The notes under the pieces were generated by a model. The model was not told the origin of the DNA and ran no database searches. It saw only the letters and a program-made list of their open reading frames with translations. Shown here one piece after another: positions 25,816-38,330 of a stretch of DNA of 55,287 bases (the first letter of the stretch is position 1; every line of letters starts with the position of its first letter). Position numbers and translations under genes: made by a program. The DNA comes from Psammoneis japonica (taxonomy: Eukaryota), in NCBI GenBank assembly GCA_008632985.1, contig QPGO01000323.1:1-55287 (forward strand), written 5' to 3'.

Positions 25816-27144
25816 GCGCTGTTCCTGCACATCTCTGGCTGTGCACAAGTCCAAGATCTGTGCCAGCTGACAAAATTTGCATTGCTGTGGGGCCTCACAC
25901 TGCTGAGCTGTGGCATCGTTGGCATGAAGAGCGAGTGGCCAAATGTCTTTTCAGGCGTTGTTCTTTGCCACACATGATCTTCCCCAATTCTGTCAAGGAT
26001 TTTTGGCAGCAGCTGGCTGGGTTGGAGTGCAGCCATGCACTCTCTGGGTCAGCTGTGGGGGCACAGTTTGAAACAAACTCCTCTGGCTTGTGCCACTTGT
26101 CAGCTGAGAAGAGCTTCATTCTGTGTTTGAGCTCATGTTCATCTGTGAACAGACTAAAATTCTCTGCCGTCTGACGGCCATTGTCTGGTGATTTGTCAAT
26201 CACCACTTTCAACTTTGGCACCAAAAAACAACGCACCACCCCGGCAAGCAAGATTCAGCACTCTGCCGCTCCACAGCTGCAAAAGTTTGCTCATGCTGCA
26301 CTGCAAAGTTGTTCTGCACACTGTGAAGTGTGCTGTCATTGCTTGAAATTTTGATTTGAGGCAAGGGATCATTGCAGGCATTGCAGCCAAAGTGATGGAT
26401 GATTGTGCGTTAAAATTTTGATCTTTTGCAGCATGCCTCAGTGCTGGGCAACATGGCGAGACCTTGCATGGCATCTGGCGCATGGCAGTGTGCAACTCTG
26501 CCTTTGCTTCATGGCCGCTGGCACAGATGTTGCCCTTTTCTGACGATGTGATGATGGTTCTTGCCTGCCTGTTCAGATGCACTCTTTTGTCAACACGCCA
26601 TTGTTCTGCGATCATTGGCAATCTCATGCAGCGGAAAATGAATTGCGCCAAGCTCTTGTGGCTTGTTTGCTCAACGCTCTTCTTGGCATTTTTTGTTCTT
26701 GCATGCAAAGTTTCTGCGCAGATCTCAGTGCAAATTCTGCATGTTCTGCAAGTCATTTCAGACTGATGACTCATCAAAATGCCGGCTGCTCTCTCTCTCT
26801 GTGCCTCTCAAGTGTGAACGACCCCCTTCTCTCCATTGTCTGTTCAAGTTTCCTGCGTTTTGTGGCAAACATTTTCCCATCGTTGCTGTTTTTGGAAGTT
26901 TGAAGCAGTGACCAATTCAGCGTGCATTGGCCATCCTTCCACGTGCCAACAAGTCTGCACAAATTTCAGCACAAATTCTGCGTGTCACGGAAATGCTTTC
27001 AAATGGCTGATGCCCCAATCTCTTGACTGCTCTTCACAAATGCCTGGCAAGCTCCAAAGACTCCCCCTTTGCCCGCTGTCCCTTTGAGTTCTCTGCTTCA
27101 TGTGGCAAACACTCTTCTGTTCTTGTTGCTGCCAGAAGTGTGGA

Positions 27145-27540
27145 CGGGTTCCAGCCCCAGGTGGGACTCCGTGTGACATTGGGCCCACAGAATTCTGCGT
27201 GCGAGCTCCGCAGCAAATTTGTGCTGCAATGAAAACATGAATGATCGCCAACAGAAAAAGAGGCAATTTTACAAACGCATCTCCTCCTTCATGCTTGCAG
27301 CACATCATTGACAGTTTGCCCGGGCATGTTCTTCAGACATCAAAGAACACACCCAGCATGTTTTTATTCTCATGAATGTTGAAAATAGAAAGCCTTTGGC
27401 TTCGCAAAACAGGGAGCATGAAACAATTTCGTAGAATGCAACACGTAGAAATGTGCGTGCGCGACATGCAACGCGATCCAAAAAACTGTTGATGTCACAG
27501 TGCAGTGGCACGAGGTCCCACCCATGGTTGGAACGCGTCT
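27145..27540 (+). repeat. About 390-bp module 'S' bounded by inverted repeats (MITE-like)
   Basis: Homologous to 40112-40497 (+) and 35768-36163 (-). Confidence 0.65.
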
Positions 27541-27857
27541 GTGAATTTGAGATCAACTCATTTGCCAATGCTTCCTGCCAAGTTCCTGCGCATGACTCAG
27601 CACAAGTTCTGCATGTCACAAAAACAATTTCTGATGGCCAGTCTCTCGATCATCCGATTGCTTTCTGTCTGCACCTGCCAAGCTCCAACAACCCCCCCTT
27701 TCCTCAATGCCTTTTTAAGTTCTCTGCTCCATGTGATGAACACCCTTTTGTTGTTGCTGCCACAAGAAGTTTGACTTTGAGACCAAAATGGTGGTTGGCA
27801 ATGTTTTGGTCCTTGGCTGTGACATTTGTGGTGTTTGCTCTGTTTCAGATCCATTCC

Positions 27858-28039
27858 CGAGCAAATCTGGATGGAGGGCTGTGTTGTGATTGGTGATTGG
27901 TTAAGATGTGTGGATCCAGTGGTGCTGCAACGACACGCTCACAATCCAATCAGGTTTGGGTTCGCATTGACAGTGTCGCTGCTTTTCATTTAGACTTGAG
28001 GTGTCGTGCTTGTTCTTTCGTTGCATCGAGCTTTGTTCG
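27858..28039 (+). repeat. 5' LTR of copia A
   Basis: cgagcaaatctgg...ctttgttcg. Confidence 0.9.
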
Positions 28040-28499
28040 CTTTGTCAGAGCCAAGACGAAAAAGACAGAGCGAAATGGTTTCGAGTGCAATTCGTCATGG
28101 ACGATTGTTTGTTGTGTTGTCTGCATGGAACGTGCAGCTGTAGAAATGGCACTGATCTGCACGCGATGCGTCAGAATTCGGATTGATGCGCACGATGATG
28201 CATCTTGTGTCGCTTGTTGTGACATCCACAAAAACAGCTTGCAACGGCAATGCTCGCAAAGACAGTCACCATCCTCACACATGCAACGGGTGTGAAGGGA
28301 CTGTGGCATTGGGCGACATGCCCGAGCGTGTGCTCAACAATGTCGGTTGACATGAACGACACAGGACTGATCACCCTGACGTCGGGTGGCTGTGCGAACC
28401 CATTGTCACAACACAGAGAAAGTGCAGCCATCATGACCATGCAGACTCACAGCCACATGTTCCCGGTGTGGGACCTTTGTGCCCTTTCTCTGTCACAGG

Positions 28500-30045
28500 A
28501 TGGCAGCAGCGGCAGCACCAGCAGCAGCACTTGCGGTGTCAGCCACGGCAGCTGACGTTGACGCAGTTTTGCAAGTTTGTGGTGTTGCTGGCCAGAATGC
28601 AAGGGCGAGGTTGGTCTTCTGTGAAGGGTTCACGACTTTGGAAAACATCGCAGTGATGGAGAGTGATCACGATGTGGAAGACATGGCGCAGAGGGCGTCT
28701 CGTCGCACGGCGGTCGACGGACGTGTGGCTCTTGGGACTGCTCAGATCAAGAACTTACAGGCGCTAGCATGGTGGTGCCAGGATTTGCTCAAACGGAGTC
28801 AGCCATTGGTTGCGGCAGACTTTAATGCAGCAGCTGTGGCTGTGGCCCGGAGTGGCAGGCGTGTCAAAAAGGAGCACACGGATTCGGACGCATCGGCAAG
28901 CGGTCTCGCAAAGTTCAAGCCCGATGACTTCGATGTGTGCGAAGATGCTTTCTTGAATCTCTTGGCACAGAAATTTGGCGTGTTGAAAGAACCCCTTCGC
29001 TGTGTTGCAAGGACAATGCCAGCTCCGGCTGCATTCACGGATGCTCAACAACAGCGAATGTGCCAGATGCCATTGAATGGCGCCGCACATGACGAGGACA
29101 ACCGCAGCGTTTGCTTTGTGTTGAAGGAACACTTGGTCGACACAGCAGGACGGGCATGGATCAAACCGTTTGACGTGGCAGAAGATGGACGTGGAGCATT
29201 CAACGCATGGGTTGACCATTGCGGTGGACAGGGCGAGTTGAGCAAGTGCATCCATCTGGCCACGGCAACTGTTGAAACCTTGTTTCACAAAAAGGAAGGA
29301 TCGCTCCCGTTCGAAAAGTTCAATGAGAAACTTGCCAGTGCTTTCGCCACTTTGAACAAATCACCGGACGACCGCAAATCTGAACGACAGAAAGTTGACA
29401 TTCTTCCAAAAAGGAATCCAAACGGATGACACTCGCCTTGTTGCAGCAACGGCTGTCATTGGCAGTCAGCACCCTCGTGACTTCGTGGGGGCATGTGCTT
29501 GTTTCTCATCCGAAGTCTCTCGTTTGCATGCAGGTGCTCAGTTGGAAGCCCGGCGTTGCTTGCAGCGCAAGATTTCTGAAATGAGCCGTGGTGGCTGCGG
29601 TGGCCGCGGTTTTTGTCAAGGTCGCGGTCGCGGAGGAAGATTTGGACGTGGGGGTGGACGCGGATGTGGTGGTGGCCGTCAAGGCAGAGGTGGCAACCAC
29701 ACTGCGATGATCAATGGAGTTGATGCATCCAACCCTGCAAGGAGCTTTAGCGCTCAAGAATGGGAAAAGTTGCAGCACAATGGAGGCATGAGCTGCGTGT
29801 TCCAAGCTCGCGAACGAATGGGTCATGGACGCGGTGGTGGCCGTGGATCTCCCGCAGGTCAACAAGGACGCAATGGGGGCAGCAGGCATGTGGCTGAAGC
29901 CCAAGTCTGTCTAGATGGCCAAGGCCAAACCCAACAACAGGGTCAGGAGCAAATGAGTGGCGGGCGTGGTTGCGGCGCTGACCGGGATTGCGGTGGACGC
30001 AATGGACGTGCCTTCGGTTGGGGAGCCTGCAATGGTTCCACCTGA
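28500..30045 (+). pseudogene. gag: copia A gag (frameshift near 29410)
   Basis: ORFs 28479-29429 and 29395-30045 are collinear with 6852-8366. Confidence 0.88.
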
Positions 30046-30054
30046 CTCCTTGGG

Positions 30055-33000
30055 GTGGCAACAGCCACTGGAGCATTGGCGCATTTGGTGCACTTGTCGT
30101 TTTTGCTTGTGCCACTCTTCTTGCTGTTGACCAAACCCCACCCAACATCTCGTTTCAAAGGAAAGGCGACAAAGAGGCACATTGCCGTGACATCAAAACG
30201 TGTGATCCGACCGACGAGTTCTGCACAGATGACAAATTTGATGACACCTGGGTTTGTTGCTCGAAATGAATGTGATGCTCACGTGGACACTTGTTGCGCT
30301 GGGGTGAACTGGAAGCTCATGGAGATGACAAATGAAGTGTGCGAGGTGCGCCCATTTCTGGACTCTTGTGAGCCGATCAAACAGATTCCTGTGGCACGAT
30401 GTTGCACCACATGGACAGATCTGGAAACGACTCGTGAATGTTTGCTGGTTGGTGATCAAATGCTCTGGTTTGGGACCGACATGGAACACTCACTTTTGAA
30501 TCCTAACCAACTCCGTGCGCACAACACACCCGTGCATGACAACCCTTGCGACACCCGAAACGGATTTGGCATTGAAGCTGACAAAGCTTTCATCCCTTTC
30601 AATGCCACGGGGACAATTGTGTCTTTCAAGTCTCGTGTTCTGACGGATTGGGAAGCACAGAACTTGCCGGTTGTGCTGTTAACAGGTGACGCATGGGATC
30701 CAGCACAGATGGACATGGGCTTGCCAGAGCGCGCTAGAGAGCAGGCGGAGATGCGTGCCATTCAATCATTGACCTCTGGCATGCAACAAGAACAGGTCTC
30801 GGAACTGAGGAGCGAGAAGGCAAAGTCCCAAGCAGCACGCTGGGGCGAGGTCAAAATGCAACTGTCGTCCATGTCTCCCATCTGTCAACTTCAATCGTTT
30901 TGCGACAGGCTTGTCAGCTCAGTGAACGTGGCTTGTGCATGTCGCGACAACGTGGACAAGAGGCACAGGGCAGTCAAAGATTTGCACAGCAAGGATCGGC
31001 ACTCGAAGGTTGACGCTGAAGAGCTGGCCCGAAAATGGAGCATCGGTTTAGAAACGGCAAAAGACACTCTCAATGTAACAACTCAGCGCGGTGTGCAAAC
31101 GGCGACACAGCCGATGTCACGAAGAGTGAGGGTGGATCATCTTGACTTGCATCAGAAGCGTCTGAAAGGAACATGGTTTGTGGACACTTTGATGTCCAAG
31201 GTGAAGTCTTTGCTTGGTGACACGTGTGCCAATGTTTGCACTCAGGGCAAACTCGTGAAGGTTGTGCCGATGACCGCTGGGTCGGAGGCAGGTTTGTCTC
31301 TTGTTGAATTCACAGACGACGTGGGTGCACCAGAACATCTCACATCGGACGGGGCAGGAGAGTTCACAGGAAGGAGCACCGAATTTGTGAGACATGCACG
31401 ACGCATGAGAGTGCAACCAGAACAACAGAGCAGGGTCGGAAGAACCAGAACCAGGCAGCGGAGTGCGAAATTGGTTTCTTGGCCAAACGTTGGCGGCTGC
31501 GGATGACAAAGAAGAAGGCACCAAAGCGATCATGGGATTTTGGTCTTGTTTGCGAGTCGAAATTAGTGTCGCGCATGGCAAGAGGCAGGGACAAGAGGAC
31601 TGGACATGAAGAGGTCACTGGGCAGACACCAGAGACAGGCGAGCATTTGGATTTTGGTTTCTGCGACATGGCATGGTGGTGGGACAGGCCCAACAAGCTG
31701 AGCGCAGCTGACGATCCTCGAACGCTTGGACGGTGGCTTGGTGTCTCACACAAAGTTGGCTCGGATGTGTGCTGTTGGATCATTGCAGACAGCGGGAAGA
31801 ATGTCTCCAAAACATCGGTTGAGCACGTGACACAGGCTGACATGGTGCAACCGGATGTTTGCGTCAAGGTCGACAACTTTAATGAGCAGCTGGAGAAGCG
31901 ATTGGACAATGCCAACTTTGTCTTAAAAGGTGATGAAGCTGCACCCGCATTCGTGTTGGACGATCTTGCAATTGACGGCAACCTCGGTGTGGAACATGAG
32001 GGCAGCATCACACCAGAGGACGAGGAATGTGGCAACATGCCATTGCCCGACGAGCAACCAGACGACGACAACGAGCAGGCAATCGATCAACACCTGGGAA
32101 TGGAACTCATGTTTGACATCGGAGCTGACGGCGAGCGACGTGGTGTTGCAACAAAACGTGCAAGAGGACAGGATGGGCGTCCAATTGGGACTCGGCATCA
32201 AAACCCATTGTTTGACACTCGCGAAAACGAAGTGGAACATGCCGACGGAACCACAGACAAGCACGCAGCCAATGTTGTTGCCAAGAACATGTTTGCTCAG
32301 GTCGACAGCGAGGGCAACCAGTGTTCTGTCTTGCACGAGATGCAGGACCATGAGAGGAGTGACGATGCAGTGTCGATTGCTGACGGCACCGTACGAACTG
32401 CTGACGGGAAGGAGAAGAAGAAGATCACAACAAAAGGATGGAAGTCATTGGTCGGATGGAAGGATGGCAGCTCATCTTGGGTCAAACTCAAAGATCTAAA
32501 GGACTCCAACCCCACTGAAGTTGCTGAGCATGCTGTTGCAAACAGGTTGACGGAGGAACCTGCTTTTGCTTGGTGGGTCACACATGTCCTGCGCAAACGG
32601 AGTCGCATTGTGTCCAAGGTCAAGAAGAAGTGCTGGCACACGACTCACAAGTTTGGGGCCCAATTGCCCAAGTCCACGGAGGACGCTTTGCGGGTTGATC
32701 AGGAAACGGGGACAGATTGTTGGGCTCGTGCAATCAACAAGGAGATGGCAAAGGCAAAGGTGGCATGGCGCGAGCACAAAGCTGAAACCCCTCAAGTTGT
32801 CTGGGAAGGCAAGAGCGCAACTTTGCGTGGTTGTCAGGAGATCAGGTGCCACATGGCATTCGACATTAAAATGGATTTCACCAGAAAGGCAAGGTTTGTA
32901 GCTGGCGGACACACGACAGAGGCCCCGGCATCAATCGCTCACTCTAGCATGGTTTCCAGAGACAGTGTGCGACTTGGATTCTTGTCAGCAGCCTTGAATG

Positions 33001-34380
33001 GTGTCGACATTGCGGCGATTGATCTGGAGAATGCTTGTCTCAATGCACCGTGCGCAGAAAAGATGTGGTTTGAAGGCGGAAAGGAATGCGGCGAGTGCAA
33101 AGGAAAGGTGCTTGTTGTCACTCGGGCGTTGTGTGGCTCAAAGAGCTTGGGATGCTCTTGGAGGTCTGCACTGTCATTGGTCTTGCGTTGCTCAGGCTTC
33201 GAATCGACGAGAGTGGACCCAGATGTCTGCTTGCGTGCGGCGACTCGTGAGGATGGGCGTGAGCATTGTGAAGTGCTTTTGGTCTGTGTCGATGACACAC
33301 CAATCATTTCCCATCAAGGGAAGTCCATTGTTGTTGCAATGGGTGAACACCATGCCGTGAAGCCTGGCAGCAAAGGAGAACCAGAAGTTTGTCTTGGAGC
33401 TGACGTTGAGAAGGTTCAGACTCAGGATGGGCGCACAATCTGGGCAAGTTCACCGAGGTCACATGCCCAAATTGGCGATTGAGACTGTGGAAGGCCCGCT
33501 GGATGAAGACGGCAATGGAGAGGTTCTGAAGAACAGTGCAAAGGATCCACCACCCCCGAAGTGCAAACCAGAACTGGACGTGACAGACGAGTTAGGCCCC
33601 GACTTGGTGGACAGGCATTTGCAGCTGATGGGGATTTGTCGTTGGGCGATCGAGTTGGGTCGTGTTGACATCTTGCATGAGGTTTCAATCCTGTCTCAAT
33701 GTCAAGCTAATCCGAGGAAAAGGACATCTTGAGGCATTGCATCATGTGTTTGCGTGTGTGAAAAAACACCACAACGTCGGACGCATCGGATTTGATCCAA
33801 AGGAACCGGTGATTGATGAATCTATTCTCAATTCGAACGCAGACTGGACCGAGTTTTACGGGGACATTGAGGAGGAACTGCCGCCACGGGCACCAAAGCC
33901 TCGTGGTGATCTGGCAAACATCTGTGCATTTGTTGACGCTAACCATGCAGGGAATGTTGTCACTCGCAGGTCGCATGGCGGGACTCTGACATTCGTCAAT
34001 GACACGCCAGTGGTGTGGTTCAGCAAGCGGCAGAACACGGTGGAATCGGCAACGTTTGGAAGTGAATTGGTTGCGATGCGGACTTGCAAGGAATTGATTG
34101 TTGCTTTGCGTCACAAGCTTCGCATGTTTGGGGTTCCCCTTGAAGGACCGGCAAGTGTCTTTTGTGACAATCGCGGTGTTGCAAAGAATGCAAGTGCACC
34201 CAAGTCGGTTTTGCACAAGAAGCACAATGCCATCAACTGCCATGTTGTGCGAGAAGCGGTCGCAGCGGGAATCATTCGTGTGGGCAAGAAAGATGCGGAA
34301 ACGAACTTGGCCGATCTACTTGCGAAGGTGGTCACAGGAGAGCGGCGATGGAAGCTTTGCTTGTGCATTTTTTGGCAATG
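30055..34380 (+). pseudogene. pol: copia A pol (protease, integrase, chromo-like domain, RT, RNase H) with about three frameshifts
   Basis: Motifs DAHVDT; WFVDT..TSDGAGEF; RKARFVAGGH; CVDD; FVDANHAG..WFSKRQNTVESATFGSE; NLADLL. Confidence 0.92.
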
Positions 34381-34542
34381 TCCCGACACCAAGGCCAGGC
34401 ACCTGTGGCTCGCGCCCACGCATCGTGGCCTCCCAAGCCAGTGTGTCTGGTGGTTTAATTTGGGTTCTTGTGGTTTGCCTCTCTGTGAGAGGATGTCACA
34501 TGTTTGGACGAACCGGCACTGTCATTGCCGTTTTGCGGGGAC

Positions 34543-34692
34543 CGAGTAAATCTGGATGGAGGGCCATGTCACAACTGGTGATTGGTTGAGACACATGGAT
34601 CCAGTGGTGCTGCAATGACACGCTCACAATCTAATCAGGTTTAGGTTCGCAAGGTGTCGTGCTTGTTCTTTCATTGCATCGAGATTTGTTCG
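34543..34692 (+). repeat. 3' LTR of copia A (about 32-bp internal deletion)
   Basis: cgagtaaatctgg...gagatttgttcg. Confidence 0.9.
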
Positions 34693-35489
34693 TTCCAACT
34701 TTGCAATGTTCCAAGATGGCTTGCTTCAGTGGAATGATCAGATCCAGTCAGAAGAAAAGAGTCACTCTGTTGCTGTGGTTTCAAGTGCTTTGAAGGTTGT
34801 GAATCAATTTGCTGTTGCTGTTCACGACACCATTCCCAGCTGTTCCCGAGGGGCGTCATTGTTTGGCAGTGACACCCACCTTGGCCAACCACAACACATT
34901 CCTGCCGCGCCACTGGTGCGCTGAGGGTGTGGGTCAGCTTGTTGCCAAAATTGCAGGGTGGAAGCGTGGCAGCACTTTAAACATGGAATTTTGGTTTTGT
35001 TTTTTTTTGCGTGGCAGCGCAGCATTGCCAACACGCACCCGGGAAGCATGGCCACAGGAGGGCACGGCTCTCATGTCTCAGGCAATCTAGAAGGATGCTG
35101 TGAGAGCAAAGCACTCCAACCTGTTGTCTGGCCCACAACAGTGGCGTGATTCCACACAATGACATCACTCGTGCACAGCACATGATGGCATGATTTGCAC
35201 AATCCACAGCGCGAGTGTGCGATTGATTGGCATGATCCAAAATGCAAGTGAGTGGGAATTTGACAAGATTCCCCATTCTGGCGATTCCATTTCTCTGCGC
35301 ATGAACTGGCTCACAATTTTCACATCGATGCAGTTGCAACACACCCAGATTTTTGTTGCCTGTCACATGTGTGGGGCACAGCAATGTTGCTCCTGCTGCA
35401 ACGCTTCATGCACAAGCCGGCTGAGGTTTTTGCGTGCGACCATGTTGCGTGAGCTGTTGAAATTGATGGCAGCATCTCTCAGAGGAGAA

Positions 35490-37790
35490 ACACTGGAGTC
35501 ATCACCAAATGATGAACTCTGTGACTTGTTTGAGTGCAGAGTGCCAAATGCATGGCAGAAGATCATGACTCTGCAGAATTTTGACCCGTTGGCTCATGCC
35601 ATGTCCGAGTTTGTGCAATTCTGTGAGCGGATTGAGCAGGTCAAATCTGCTGAAGGCAACCAGGACCAACATGCCAAGGTTCCATGCAAGCAGGGCCGTA
35701 GAACGGACAATCCTGAGTTGTTGATCACAAATCAGAAGAACACCCAGAAGTCGTGCATGTCCACGGGATGCACTCCAGCTCCAGGTGGGACCTTGCACTG
35801 CTGCACTGTGACATCAACAGTTTTTTGGATCATGTCATGTGTTGTGCGCGCACATTTCTGCGTGTCACATTTTACAAAATTGTTTCATGCTCCCTGTTTT
35901 GCAAAGCTAAAGGCTTTCTGTTTTCAACACTCATGAGAATGAAAACATGCTGGGCACATTCTTTGATGTCTGCAGAACATGCCCAGGCAAACTGTCGATG
36001 ATGTGCTTCAAGCATGAAGGAGGAGCTGCGTTCACAAAATTGCATCTTTTTCTTTTGGCAATCATTTGTGTTTTCATTGCAGCACAAATTTGCTGCGGAG
36101 CTTGCACGTGGAATTCTGTGGGCCCAACATCACACAGAGTCCCACCTGGGGCTGGAACCCATCATGGGACTGACTTTGGACACCATGCTGACAATTGCCA
36201 TGCACTCAAGCACCGCATGAAACATGTCAAGACTGACCATGCCAGTGGTGGAGGTGGCAAGCCTGATCAAAAATCCAAGCCTGAAGAAGACATTCATGCC
36301 ATCATCAGAATGAAAGTAGAAGAATTCTTTGCCGGTGCTCAGAAAAAGTGCAAGGCATGCAAGGAAGAGCTCAGTCACTTCCGCGACCTCAACTCAAGTG
36401 ACTCCGATGATTCAGATGCCTGAGAAGGGGGCCGACACAACACTGGTGGTTTCAATGCATTGGGTGAATGCATGAATGAACAGCCGACATGCCATCGCAC
36501 ACATGTTGCAGGCCAATCCCATGAATGAGTTAAAATGACTCACCTTGCACCAATCTTGTTTGCAGCCATGAATGCTGAGCATGGCAAAGGCAAGACTGAG
36601 GCTGTTGAGGTGCTGCCACATGGTGGTGCCAGCAGTGCTCTGCTGGATGAACAATGCTGCAAGTGTCTGCAATGCCGTTCAATGGCTGAGACAAACTGGG
36701 CTGTGGCAGCAGGCTTGCTCAGCACGGCCAGTGATTGCGCCATTAAATTTAAGTTGCCAGAACTGTCAGAGACTGTGGAACTCACACATGCTGTCCACAC
36801 ACACAATGGAAAGTTGGGCAAGTGCGATGTGATTGTTGGGCAAGACACTCTGGTGACACAAGGCACAGACACTGCCTTCTCCAAACAGATGACAGAGTGG
36901 CCAACAGTCAATGAAGAAGTGCCAACGCGGTGCGCAGATGCCACTGTGGAAACCTCCTTCTTTCTTCAAGATCTAGAAACCTTGACTTTGGAAACCGACC
37001 AGATTTCGCGCATTTTGGACACCAAGTGCACGCCGGCATGCATCAAGGACATGGCGCGAGGGGCAGTGTGACTTTTTGTTGTGCAAAAGGACAACCTTTT
37101 GGCATTGTTGAAACACCATGAACCCTTGTTTGATGGGACATCAGGAGAATGGAAAGGAAAACCCTGCCACATCCAACTTGAGGATGACACAGAACCATGC
37201 CATGCTCATCCGCACAAAGTGCCTCATGTGTGCAAAGCTGTGCTGCACAAGGAAGCAGAGTGCCTTGCATGTGCAGGTGTTCTCAAACGCATCAACTGAT
37301 CCCAATGGGTGGCTCCATCATTTGTCATGCTGAAGAAAGACTTGGTGGTCTGGTTCATTGATGATTTCAGAGAGCTGAGCAAACGGATCAAGTGATTGCC
37401 TTGTCCAGTCCCTCATGTCCAAGACATGCTTGCGATGTGATTGTTGGACGAGACATTTTGGAGACACAAGGCACAGACACTGTCTTCTCCAAACAGATGG
37501 CAGAGTGGTCAACAGTCAATGGAGAAGCACCAATGCAGTGCGCAGATGCCACTGTGGAAACCCCCTTCTTTCTTTGAGATCCAGATGCCTCAACTTCAGA
37601 AGCCGATCAGATTTCACGCATTTTGGACACCAAGTGCATGTCGGCATGCCTCAAGGACATGGCATGAGGGGCAGTGTGACTTTTTGTTGTTCAAAAGGAC
37701 AACCTTTTGGCACTGTTGAAACACCATGAACCCTTGTTTGATGGGACATCAGGAGAGTGGAAAGGAGAACCCTGCCACACCCAACTTGCC
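35490..37790 (+). mobile_element. Ty3/gypsy remnant: gag C-terminus, aspartic protease and RT N-terminus, with a local duplication
   Basis: Gag motif VPNAWQKIMTLQNFDP..EFVQFCERIE; protease motifs GASSALL and CDVIVGQD; RT motifs LFDGTSGEWKG, WVAPSF..KKD, DFRELSKRIK, PHVQDML. The stretch about 36823-37178 is repeated at about 37430-37787. Confidence 0.85.
35768..36163 (-). repeat. Module S inserted into the gypsy gag
   Basis: tccagctccaggtgggac at 35774 and gtcccacctggggctgga ending at 36156 form a 17/18 inverted repeat. Confidence 0.7.
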
Positions 37791-38330
37791 ATGGCAGAGC
37801 ACAGCTCCTTGCATCACATGGGTGAGAAGACTGTGCCATTGCCATGCAAAAAAATGAGGCCCTCTTTCAGACCATGCTCCTTCAGATGGCACATTTGGCA
37901 AAACAGCTGGTCCATGCACGCCACAGCTGTCAACATGTTGTTGGAGCACGCTGGTCTCCGCGCAGCTTTGTGCATGTTCCAAGCCACCTTGTCAAAGTCA
38001 ACACTGCCACCAGAGTCAACAGGATGGCTGTCAACCACAGTGCCAACTAGGTGGCAACAGCGCCCACTCTTTTCATCATCATTTGAAGTGGCGAAGGTGG
38101 CGCTCTCAGCCAGACAATCCCCAGGGCAGGCACATGCTTCTTGTGCTGCCCAGCTGCTCTGCTTTTTGAGTTTCTTCTGGCACACCCTTGTCCTTTTGTT
38201 TGTTTGCATTGGCTGTCAATTGACAAGCTGTTTTTTTTCTCTGTCAAGCTGGGATTGTGCTGTGTGCAGCCAGAGTGCGTGGATGGCTGGCGCATCTGGA
38301 TGATGCGCTCCAGCCCTGGATGCGACTCCA
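37790..38330. repeat. Repeat module R
   Basis: Homologous to 9335-9830 and 39645-40105. Confidence 0.7.

Larger units (their letters stand above)
27858..34692 (+). mobile_element. Full-length Ty1/copia (CoDi-like) family A
   Basis: LTRs at 27858-28039 and 34543-34692, PBS-like site 28040-28052, PPT ttgcggggac 34533-34542, and TTCC repeated on both flanks (27854-27857, 34693-34696). Confidence 0.95.

Noticed and set aside
25496..25818. CRISPR-like array
   Set aside because: The units are contiguous with no unique spacers; it is a minisatellite in a eukaryotic TE context with no cas genes.
29585..30040. Stand-alone glycine-rich RNA-binding protein gene
   Set aside because: It is the RGG tail of copia A gag and is present in every copy.
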